Of a stretch of 61,855 nt of DNA, positions 41,397 to 49,449 are shown piece by piece. Every line of letters begins with the position of its first letter. Position 1 is the stretch's first letter. The notes under the pieces are model-generated. The model saw only the letters and a program-made list of their open reading frames with translations, was not told where the DNA came from and made no database searches. Made by a program: the position numbers and the translations under genes. The DNA is from Candidatus Merdicola faecigallinarum (GTDB taxonomy: Bacteria > Bacillota > Clostridia > TANB77 > CAG-508): positions 1 through 61,855 of the forward strand of contig DVNH01000026.1 in the NCBI GenBank assembly GCA_018714565.1, in the 5' to 3' direction.

Positions 41397-41768
41397 CTAT
41401 TTTTCCTCCTTCTCTTTTGTATTTAATTCCGGTTTTAAATTGACATAAGTATATACTTTTTTATTTGCCTTAAATTTTATATATCTTCTAATAATCTCAT
41501 CTAACGATTCTCCTCCTACATTTTTGGTGAACGGAAGACTAGATACTGTTGGTATTTTTATTGCTCCAATTGCCCATCCAATTACAGCACATACTCCCAT
41601 TACAATAAATCCGGCCACCTTTTGGCCAAGTAACATTCCAATTAACAAAAATAATGGTCCTCCAACCAAAATTCCACCGATTGCTGTGGTTATTAATGAT
41701 TTTACTGTAAAAACATAAAGAATTCTTGTTTCTCCTCTTAGATTTCTTGGAATATAATATGTTCCCAT
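41397..41768 (-). CDS. PrgI-like (VirB3-like) membrane protein
   Basis: MGTYYIPRNLRGETRILYVFT, two TMs; start set at ATG 41768 behind AGGAGG. Confidence 0.7.
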   Translation of the reverse strand: MGTYYIPRNLRGETRILYVFTVKSLITTAIGGILVGGPLFLLIGMLLGQKVAGFIVMGVCAVIGWAIGAIKIPTVSSLPFTKNVGGESLDEIIRRYIKFKANKKVYTYVNLKPELNTKEKEEK

Positions 41769-41784
41769 TTTTCTCCTCCTTTGT

Positions 41785-42183
41785 TTAATGAGCAACTACA
41801 GTCATAAAATTATATAATAATGCCCATATTCCTTGTGCTCCATAAATAACAATTGTTGATATAACAAGCCCTACCAATTTCTGTTTTAATTTTGCTTTAT
41901 CATCTGGATTTGCAATCATATATTTAATTCCCAAAATCATAGTTACAATTGTTACTATAATTGTTGCAGCTGCTACTAATGTTCTTGCAATTGGAAGCAC
42001 TAAATTTTTTAAATCATTATCACTAAGGAGTGTTTCTCCTTCTTTTTTTCCTTCATCAATAAACTTATCTGCTTTACTTTTCATTGTATCAAAATTATCT
42101 ATTGCATATGTAGGTGTTGGTTGCAATATAAGCACTATCAGTACAATGATTAATAAAGATTTTATTAACTTTTTTACTTTCAT
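41785..42183 (-). CDS. VirB2/TrbC-like pilin 3
   Basis: Signal peptide, two hydrophobic helices linked by GIKYMIANPDDKAKLKQKL. Confidence 0.8.
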   Translation of the reverse strand: MKVKKLIKSLLIIVLIVLILQPTPTYAIDNFDTMKSKADKFIDEGKKEGETLLSDNDLKNLVLPIARTLVAAATIIVTIVTMILGIKYMIANPDDKAKLKQKLVGLVISTIVIYGAQGIWALLYNFMTVVAH

Positions 42184-42227
42184 TTTTCCCTCCATTTATA
42201 AACTTAAAATTACCTATAATTATTATA

Positions 42228-42257
42228 ATTATATCACGTTTTTTCTACTTATTTCAA
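42228..42257 (-). promoter_or_regulatory. sigmaA-like promoter of the main T4SS operon
   Basis: Minus strand TTGAAA-18 nt-TATAAT with extended -10 TG. Confidence 0.55.
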
Positions 42258-42430
42258 CATTTCTAGGTAATTACTTCTATAATTTTCAAATTGTTAACGT
42301 TATGTAATATGGATGTAATATTTCCACTCTTTTTTTCTAATTTTCTTTGTTCTATTTCCGCAAGCTTTTATTAGATTTTTGTTCTATTTTACTATTTCAA
42401 TTTGTAATCATAATTTAATTTTAATCATAA

Positions 42431-42534
42431 AAAAAGTGCCTTCGTCACATATACAAATTGCTTTGCAATCGCACTTACTAATGTACCTTAATCTTGTTAT
42501 ATAAAAAAATCTGTCGATCTTTCCTATACAACAA
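42431..42534. repeat. Dispersed structured intergenic repeat, copy 4 (degenerate)
   Basis: aaaaagtgccttcgtcacatatacaaattgctttgcaatcgcac...cttgttatata...tatacaacaa aligns with the other copies. Confidence 0.75.
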
Positions 42535-42565
42535 AAAAACTTTGCATATGTTAAAATGCAAAGTT

Positions 42566-42923
42566 TTATTTTATTACTGTATTTGCCCAATTTGCAATTA
42601 GTTTTATAAGGCCTGTTGCACCAAAAACCAAAACAGAACCAATTACAAATATAATCATTTTTTGTTTAATTGTAGCTCGATCTTCTACACTACTAAACAT
42701 ATATTTCATTCCCATTACTAATGCACTTATTATTCCAAATGCCACCGCAATTACTTGCACTACCCCTAAAACAGCTCCACCAGCTTTTACAAGCTTAGTT
42801 TCTCCTCCAGGAGTGTATATTCCGGGCATAGTCACTTGTAGAAAAACCGTAACTTATACATAGAAAGCTTAATAAAAGTAAATTTAGAATAATAAGAAAA
42901 ATGATTCTCTTATATTTTTTCAT
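42566..42923 (-). CDS. VirB2/TrbC-like pilin 2; signal peptide joined through a +1 frameshift at CGG-A (42824)
   Basis: AAGGAG RBS, ATG at 42923 gives MKKYKRIIFLIILNLLLLSFLCISYGFSTSDYA. GCC[C]GGA then continues GIYTPGGETKLVKAGGAVLGVVQV...GMKYMFSSVEDRATIKQK. Confidence 0.82.
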
Positions 42924-42977
42924 AATTTCTCCTTAACTTTAGACCAAAACTTTTTTCATAATTCTTCATCAGTATAG

Positions 42978-43008
42978 AAAAAGATTTTAGCAGAGCTAAA
43001 ATCTTTTT
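42978..43008 (-). terminator. Intrinsic terminator after pilin 1
   Basis: aaaaagattttagc aga gctaaaatcttttt perfect hairpin. Confidence 0.85.
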
Positions 43009-43017
43009 TACTAAGTT

Positions 43018-43407
43018 TTACTTATTGATTGTTCCTTCAACCCATGTTCTAATCAATCCTAATAATCCACTCGCTCCAAATAGAACAATTGCACCTACTA
43101 TGTAAATTACTGCGTGTTTTTTAATTTCTGCTTTATCGTTTGGTGCAGCTGAAATATATTTGATAGCAAGTACAATTAACATAATAATTGCAACAGAAAT
43201 ACCAATTACTTGTGCAACTCCAAGAATACTTCCTGCAATTGATTGAGATTTTGTTGCTAAACTTCCATCATTATTAGGTGTAATTGTTTTTGGATCCAAA
43301 TAAGAAGATCCTGCTGCTGCAAATGCAACATTAGAAACAATCATTAATAATACTAATACAATCATTACTATATTAATAATTTGTGCTGTTTTCTTCGTTA
43401 CTTTCAT
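43018..43407 (-). CDS. VirB2/TrbC-like pilin 1 (probable major pilin)
   Basis: Signal peptide (AFA cleavage), ILGVAQVIGISVAIIMLIVLAIKYISAAPNDKAEIKKHAVIYIVGAIVLFGA; GGGAGG RBS. Confidence 0.85.
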   Translation of the reverse strand: MKVTKKTAQIINIVMIVLVLLMIVSNVAFAAAGSSYLDPKTITPNNDGSLATKSQSIAGSILGVAQVIGISVAIIMLIVLAIKYISAAPNDKAEIKKHAVIYIVGAIVLFGASGLLGLIRTWVEGTINK

Positions 43408-43441
43408 GTTTTTTCCTCCCTATTTATTTATCTTATGATTA

Positions 43442-43470
43442 ATTATAGTATATATTTTGACAAATTGCAA
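43442..43470 (-). promoter_or_regulatory. sigmaA-like promoter of pilin 1
   Basis: Minus strand TTGCAA-17 nt-TATAAT. Confidence 0.7.
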
Positions 43471-43575
43471 TATTTTTCTTTTTATTTTCCAAATTTCACT
43501 TTCTTTTCTAAGTATAGCACGATAAGCATCTACCAGGTCTAAAAGCACAAAAAAGTAAACTGCCTCTTTCTTTTT

Positions 43576-43734
43576 CTAACATTTTGAATATTCTTCTTCT
43601 AAAAGTCTTCTATAATATCTTGCAATTAATTCATCTAATTCTACGCTAATTTGATAGATTCTTTCATAGTTATCCTCATTTAATATACTTTGGTTTAATT
43701 TTTCCCTTACTTTACAAATTTCTTCATTTAACAT
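43576..43734 (-). CDS. Spo0E-like aspartyl-phosphate phosphatase (52 aa)
   Basis: Below the track cutoff. AAGGAG RBS; MLNEEICKVREKLNQSILNEDNYERIYQISVELDELIARYY... carries SVELD, a match to the SQELD signature. Confidence 0.72.
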   Translation of the reverse strand: MLNEEICKVREKLNQSILNEDNYERIYQISVELDELIARYYRRLLEEEYSKC

Positions 43735-44090
43735 AAAAACACTCCTTTATTCTTTTTTTCTTTTGTATAAAAAAAGAATAACATATTTTTACAACGAATT
43801 CAATTATTTTTCTCTATTTTTGGCTATTTATAGCAACTTTCGTGTCCTTTTTTTTGCTATTTTAAATCTATTTTTTTGTTTTTTTTTCTTCTTTTTTCTT
43901 TTTCTTTTGTTTCTCTACAAGATACAACAAATCTTTTTCTTATCATTTTTCGAAGAAATTTTATTTTTTAAGTAAAAAAATAGGAAATATTTTTTATTTC
44001 CTTCTATTTCCTATTTTTATTTTTAATATTAAAATTTTTCTTTTAATTTTGTTTCTTTTTTCCTTCTTTAAGCATTTGTCGTTCTTTCCG

Positions 44091-45362
44091 TTATGGTCTT
44101 ATAATAGAGATTGCCATATTTTCTTTTTTAAAAATTTCATTCAAATATTCTTCTGCCATTTCTTTTGTAATAGTTGAAAAGGCTTCCAAATATTCAAAAC
44201 TATTAATTCCTTGAAAATAGTCTGTTAAAAATATTCTTGCGATATTTTCTGTACTATTGTAATCTGTAATATATCCACCATATATTTTTTTCTTAATTCT
44301 TTTAAAATATGTTTCATCTATTTTTGATTGTTTTATTTTCTCTATTTGATTTTGTAGTTTTTCCAATATTTTTATTGGATCTTTTGATTGCCCTGCCATC
44401 ATAATATGGGAATATTCGTCCGAAAATTCATAATCAAAACTGATATCTGATAGAATTTCTCCCTTTTCATATAATTCTTGGTATAGCTCTGAGCTACTTC
44501 CTAATAATATCTGTAGTAAAATCTCAATTACAATCGTTTTTACTATTTTTTCTTTTGCTGGTACAGGCCTATCTTTTATCCCAATTACAAAAATTGGATT
44601 ACTTACATTCATTTTTTCTTCTATCTTGTCCTGAAATACAGTTTCTTTTTCTTCTGGATAAATTCTTTTAATTTCTCTTTGTGTTGGTTTTGAAATGATC
44701 TTTTCTTTTATTTTCTCCAATAATTCAATAGGATTAAAATTTCCGCAAACAACAAGAGCCATGTTAGATGGATGATAAAATGTATGATAACAATCATATA
44801 GTATATTTTCGTCAATTTTTTGAATACTTTCTACTGTTCCTGCAATATCAATATTAACAGGATTTACTTCGTAAAGGCATTTTAGTAAGTTTAAATATAC
44901 TTTTGAACTTGCATCATCTTCGTACATCATAATCTCTTGACCTATGATTCCTTTTTCCTTTTCTACATTATCTTTTGTAAAATATGGATGTTGTACATAA
45001 TCTAGTAATTCATCAAATGCTTCCTCAAAATGATTAGTTGCATTAATTAAATATGCTGTATGATCATTGGTTGTATATGCATTAGCATCTACCCCTAGAG
45101 AAGATAATACATCTAAGCTATTAGTTCCATTTTCCTGTTCAAACATTTTATGTTCCAAAAAGTGAGCAACTCCATCTGGTACTTCTTTTAGCTCTTTTGT
45201 ATTTGGGTCAATAAATTTGTGATCAATGGATCCATATTTTACTCCATAGATTACAGATTTCTTATTTGTATTTTCCTTTGGAACTAAGATAACCGTAAGT
45301 CCATTTACTAGTTTTTCAACATATGCTTTTTCTTTTATTTTTGAATTTTCTATAATTTGCAT
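44091..45362 (-). CDS. M16 family zinc peptidase (YmfH-like)
   Basis: GVAHFLEH (HxxEH), NAYT, EKGIIGQEI motifs. Confidence 0.92.
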   Translation of the reverse strand: MQIIENSKIKEKAYVEKLVNGLTVILVPKENTNKKSVIYGVKYGSIDHKFIDPNTKELKEVPDGVAHFLEHKMFEQENGTNSLDVLSSLGVDANAYTTNDHTAYLINATNHFEEAFDELLDYVQHPYFTKDNVEKEKGIIGQEIMMYEDDASSKVYLNLLKCLYEVNPVNIDIAGTVESIQKIDENILYDCYHTFYHPSNMALVVCGNFNPIELLEKIKEKIISKPTQREIKRIYPEEKETVFQDKIEEKMNVSNPIFVIGIKDRPVPAKEKIVKTIVIEILLQILLGSSSELYQELYEKGEILSDISFDYEFSDEYSHIMMAGQSKDPIKILEKLQNQIEKIKQSKIDETYFKRIKKKIYGGYITDYNSTENIARIFLTDYFQGINSFEYLEAFSTITKEMAEEYLNEIFKKENMAISIIRP

Positions 45363-45386
45363 GTTTCCTCCTTTTGTTTTTATAAG

Positions 45387-45489
45387 AAAAGTGGCTTCGC
45401 CACATGTACAGATTGCTTCTCAATCGCACAAACTAATGTAACTTAACCTTGTTACTCCGGAAATTTCTAACGAAATTTCCTACGTAATA
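45387..45489. repeat. Dispersed structured intergenic repeat, copy 3
   Basis: aaaagtggcttcgccacatgtacagattgcttctcaatcgcac...ggaaatttctaacgaaatttcctacgtaata between the two M16 genes. Confidence 0.9.
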
Positions 45490-45514
45490 AAACATCATGC
45501 TAATGTATTTACTT

Positions 45515-46774
45515 TTATTTCGTTAAAAAATAAATCGTATTTATCTCTATTTTGTTTGCTAAATCTACAATTTGTTTTTTATCAATTTGTTGTATGTTAT
45601 TTGCATATTGAGCAAGATTCAAATTCGTATTGGATAGTTCTTGTCCAAAATAATACGTAATTTCTGTATCCTGTTCATATGGAATGGTTTGAATTGTTTC
45701 AATAATACCTTGTTTTGCATTTTGAATTTCTTCCTCTGTAAAATTTCCCTGTTTCATATCTTCTAACTGTTTTTTCACAATTTTTATTGTTTTCTCTTTG
45801 TTTTCTATATCGATTCCACATAAAATAAAAATATTATTTTTCGTCTTTAAATAACTAGAACCTGCAGAATATGCTAAACTCTCTTTTTCTCTTACGTTCT
45901 GAAATAATTTTGAAGTTGCAGTCCCTCCTAAAATTGCATTATAAAGTAAGGAAACAAACCTAGTATTTTCTTCACATTTTAAAATATCCATTCCAATAAT
46001 TAATTTTCCTTGTGATACTTCCATATGTTCTTCTTTTTCTTGTACTTCTTTTTTTGTTTTTTCTTCTATTTGGTTTACCTTATATTCTGGATCTCTTGGA
46101 TTTAAAGATTTTATATTTTCATTTTCCATTACTAACTGTTTTAAATCCTCTCTTTTACTAGTAGAAATGAAAATATCGATTTTGCATTTTCTTAAAAGTT
46201 CTTGATAGAACTCGTATAATTCTTTTGCTCCTATCTTATCTAGATCTTCTACATATCCATATTTATATAATCCGTAAGGATCTTCTGGATACATTTCTTC
46301 AATGCAACGGGACATTGCATAAGTTCCTTTATTATCAATTTTTGATAATATAATTTGTTTTAATTTTTCTTTTTCCGTTTCTACATACTCTTCTTTAAAA
46401 CCATTCTTTTCCACATATGGATTAAATATAATATCAGAGATCATCTCAAAGCTTTTTTCTAAATTCTTTTCTTCCTTTGGCAAGAAACGATCTTCAATGC
46501 TTTCAATATAAAACTTTAAAACATGATTATTTCCTAACTTTTCTATCCCATAGTCAAATGTTGCACCATAAAGTTCTTCTAACTCAATATTTATTTCTTG
46601 TTGTGTCCTAAACTTCTTACTTCCTCTATGCAACACTAAACTAAGTAACGCTTCTTTTGTAACGTTTTGTCTTGTTAATGGAGTAGTCAAAAACACTGCA
46701 ATTAAATTTGTTTTAAATTTATCCGTTTCGATAGAATGCATCGTAATTCCTTGTTTTATTTCTTGTTTGTTCAT
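45515..46774 (-). CDS. M16 family inactive subunit (YmfF-like)
   Basis: TDKFKT, SKLFQNVREKESLAYS motifs; no HxxEH. Confidence 0.88.
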   Translation of the reverse strand: MNKQEIKQGITMHSIETDKFKTNLIAVFLTTPLTRQNVTKEALLSLVLHRGSKKFRTQQEINIELEELYGATFDYGIEKLGNNHVLKFYIESIEDRFLPKEEKNLEKSFEMISDIIFNPYVEKNGFKEEYVETEKEKLKQIILSKIDNKGTYAMSRCIEEMYPEDPYGLYKYGYVEDLDKIGAKELYEFYQELLRKCKIDIFISTSKREDLKQLVMENENIKSLNPRDPEYKVNQIEEKTKKEVQEKEEHMEVSQGKLIIGMDILKCEENTRFVSLLYNAILGGTATSKLFQNVREKESLAYSAGSSYLKTKNNIFILCGIDIENKEKTIKIVKKQLEDMKQGNFTEEEIQNAKQGIIETIQTIPYEQDTEITYYFGQELSNTNLNLAQYANNIQQIDKKQIVDLANKIEINTIYFLTK

Positions 46775-46982
46775 TCATTCATCCTCTTTCTTTTTTGTAT
46801 AGTATTCGTTTCTTTTATGGTTAATATACATGAAATATTATTATATTCTATCCTCTACAAAAGTTTTTTATTTCTATTTATTACTTATGTATGATATTGA
46901 TTTTTTTAATTTAATGAAAGAAAAGTAGATAGCATATTTGTTACTATCCACTCCTTTTCAATCTTTAATATTTTATGGGTTT

Positions 46983-47423
46983 CTATTTTAACAATTCTTT
47001 TACCACTTCACTTAATGTTTTTCCATCTGAGCTTGCTCCAATTTTATTTTTTGCCTCTTTCATTACATTCCCCATATCTTTCATAGAAGTTGCTCCTGTT
47101 TCTTCTATAATACCTTTTATGATAGGAACAATTTCTTCTCTCGTTAATTGCTTTGGTAAATATTCTTCAATAATTGCTATTTCTGATTTTATATTTTGAA
47201 TTAAATCTTCTCTTCCACTTTTTTCATATTCTGCTAGCGAATCTTTTCTCTTTTTTGCTTCTTTTGCAATAATTTGTATAATTTCTTCATCTTTTAGCTC
47301 TATTTTTTTATCTTTTTCAATTTGTAGAATTGCTGCTCTTATCATTTGAATTACATTCTTTCTAAGAATGTTTTTTTCTTTCATACAATTTTTTAAGTCT
47401 TCCAATAACTTTTCTTTTAACAT
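46983..47423 (-). CDS. GatB/YqeY domain protein
   Basis: KEAKKRKDSL...EIAIIEEYLPKQL...MKDMG; start set at ATG 47423 behind AGGAGG. Confidence 0.92.
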   Translation of the reverse strand: MLKEKLLEDLKNCMKEKNILRKNVIQMIRAAILQIEKDKKIELKDEEIIQIIAKEAKKRKDSLAEYEKSGREDLIQNIKSEIAIIEEYLPKQLTREEIVPIIKGIIEETGATSMKDMGNVMKEAKNKIGASSDGKTLSEVVKELLK

Positions 47424-47439
47424 TTTGATTCCTCCTAAC

Positions 47440-47480
47440 AAAAAAGGGTAGAAATTAGACTTTTTTCTAACTTCCAACCC
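47440..47480 (-). terminator. Terminator-like hairpin between rpsU and the YqeY gene
   Basis: Minus strand GGGUUGGAAGUUAGA / UCUAAUUUCUACCC followed by a U-run. Confidence 0.55.
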
Positions 47481-47492
47481 CCAAATTCCAAC

Positions 47493-47663
47493 TTAAAATT
47501 TTCTTTTTCTTGCAGCCTCTGATTTTTTCTTTCTTTTTACACTAGGTTTTTCATAATGTTCTCTTTTACGAACTTCTTGTAATACCCCATTTCTAGCGCA
47601 TTGTCTTTTAAATCTCTTTAACGCATCTTCTATATTTCCATTATTAACTTTAACTTCTGACAT
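47493..47663 (-). CDS. rpsU: 30S ribosomal protein S21
   Basis: [11 protein letters not shown]...[25 protein letters not shown]; start set at ATG 47663. Confidence 0.97.
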   Translation of the reverse strand: MSEVKVNNGNIEDALKRFKRQCARNGVLQEVRKREHYEKPSVKRKKKSEAARKRKF

Positions 47664-47810
47664 TGAATTCCCCTCCTTCCGACTTCTAAATAAAGTGTCT
47701 GGGATTTTTAGAGTATTGAACAATTACTTGTTCCTTCTCTTTTCGTACGTTTCATATTATACTCTAAATTGGGTTATATTGTCAATAGTTTGTCTTTTTT
47801 TCTCTAGGAT

Positions 47811-48755
47811 TTAACACATTTTTAGCAAATCTCCTAAAGATCTTGCCTCATTAATTCTTCGAATGGATTCTGCAAATAGTGGAGCAATTGATAATACAGT
47901 AATTTTGTCTATTTTCTTTTCTTCTGGTAATGGAATCGTATTCGTAATTACTAACTCTTTAATAGCAGAATTTTTAATTCTTTCAATTGCAGGTCCAGAT
48001 AGCACTCCATGGGTACATGCTGCATAAATACTTTTTGCTTTATATCTTTCTAATACTTTTACTGTTTCTATCATAGATCCTGCAGTATCAATTTCATCAT
48101 CAAAAATAATTGCATTTTTATTGGTTACATCTCCGATTACAGTACTTGCAATTGCTCTGTCGTCGTTTCCTTCCCTTCTTTTATCAATTAGAGCGATAGG
48201 ACATTTAAAAAATTCAGAATATTTGTATGCTTTTTTTGAGCTTCCTGCGTCTGTTGCAACAATTACCATATCTTCTAATTCTTTTTTCTTGAAATAATCT
48301 TCTAATAAATATTCTGCTGTTAATCGATCACAATTCACATTAAAATATGCCTGAATTGCAGGATTATGTAAGTCACATGTAATAATCCTTGTTGCTCCTG
48401 CTGCTTCTAATAATTGTGCCATTAGTTTTGCAGTAACTGGTACTCTTGGTTGATCTTTTTTATCTGATCTAGAATATGGAAAATATGGTAATACTACATT
48501 AATATTTCTAGCGGACGCTCTTTTTACGGCATCAATTGTAATAAATAATTCCATTAATCTTTCATTTACAGGTGGCTGAGTCGTTTGAACAATATATACG
48601 TCTTGTTCCCTTACAGTTTCTAGTATTTGTACAAAGTTATTGTCATTTTTAAATTTCATAGATGTTATCTTTCCCATTGGTAATCCCAAATGATTACAAA
48701 TTTCTTCTGTGAATTTTTCTGCGGTTTTACATGCAAATATTTTAATTCGTTCCAT
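47811..48755 (-). CDS. prs: Ribose-phosphate pyrophosphokinase
   Basis: PYFPYSRSDKKD, DLHNPAIQ, DDEIDTAGS, THGVLSG motifs. Confidence 0.95.
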   Translation of the reverse strand: MERIKIFACKTAEKFTEEICNHLGLPMGKITSMKFKNDNNFVQILETVREQDVYIVQTTQPPVNERLMELFITIDAVKRASARNINVVLPYFPYSRSDKKDQPRVPVTAKLMAQLLEAAGATRIITCDLHNPAIQAYFNVNCDRLTAEYLLEDYFKKKELEDMVIVATDAGSSKKAYKYSEFFKCPIALIDKRREGNDDRAIASTVIGDVTNKNAIIFDDEIDTAGSMIETVKVLERYKAKSIYAACTHGVLSGPAIERIKNSAIKELVITNTIPLPEEKKIDKITVLSIAPLFAESIRRINEARSLGDLLKMC

Positions 48756-48914
48756 AATACCCTCTCTTTCTTTTTTTATTTTTTATGCCTTTTTATTCCG
48801 TTTTTACTCACCTGCATTATACCATAAAAAGAAAAAAAGAGAATGCTTTTCGATTTAAAATCGAATATTATTCTCTTTTCTTTTATTTTTTCATCTATCC
48901 ATTTTTTTGTAAAT

Positions 48915-49436
48915 TTAAAACTCAAATAGTTTTATATGATTTTCTTTCATACTTTCTTGTACATCAATAATTCTTTGATTTCTTGAACCACGAAATCTTA
49001 ATGTTTTATCCATTTGCGTTTCATCAAATTTTCCATCTACAATAACATCTAAGTTAGAAACTAATTTTTGGGCCATTTGGGATTCTTTACACATCTTTCC
49101 CATAACGTCTTTTTCAAAATCAAATCCCGTATAACACCATATGTTTTTATTCGGATACTTTTCTTTTACCCTTTCCACTAATTTTGCTAATCCTTCTTGA
49201 TTCTCCGGTTCTAATGGTTCTCCTCCAAGTAAGCTTAATCCTTCAATATAATCATGATCCATATCTTTTATAATTTCATCTATTGTTTGATCATTAAATT
49301 CCTTTCCATATTTAAAATCCCAAGCAATTTGATTAAAGCACCCTTTACAATGATGTCTACATCCACTTACAAAAACAGATACTCTAACTCCTTCGCCATT
49401 AGCAATATCTACTTTTTTTATATCTGCATAATGCAT
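48915..49436 (-). CDS. nrdG: Anaerobic RNR activating protein (radical SAM)
   Basis: CRHHCKGC (CxxxCxxC), GGEPL, FRGSRNQRII. Confidence 0.95.
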   Translation of the reverse strand: MHYADIKKVDIANGEGVRVSVFVSGCRHHCKGCFNQIAWDFKYGKEFNDQTIDEIIKDMDHDYIEGLSLLGGEPLEPENQEGLAKLVERVKEKYPNKNIWCYTGFDFEKDVMGKMCKESQMAQKLVSNLDVIVDGKFDETQMDKTLRFRGSRNQRIIDVQESMKENHIKLFEF

Positions 49437-49449
49437 AATAACACTTCCT

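Noticed and set aside
20328-43407. Integrative conjugative element or prophage call
   Set aside because: No integrase, relaxase, VirD4, phage structural genes or flanking att repeats are recognizable in the window.
4434-45489. CRISPR array or tRNA interpretation of the dispersed repeat
   Set aside because: Copies are kilobases apart rather than spacer-separated, there are no cas genes, and there is no cloverleaf or T-loop consensus.
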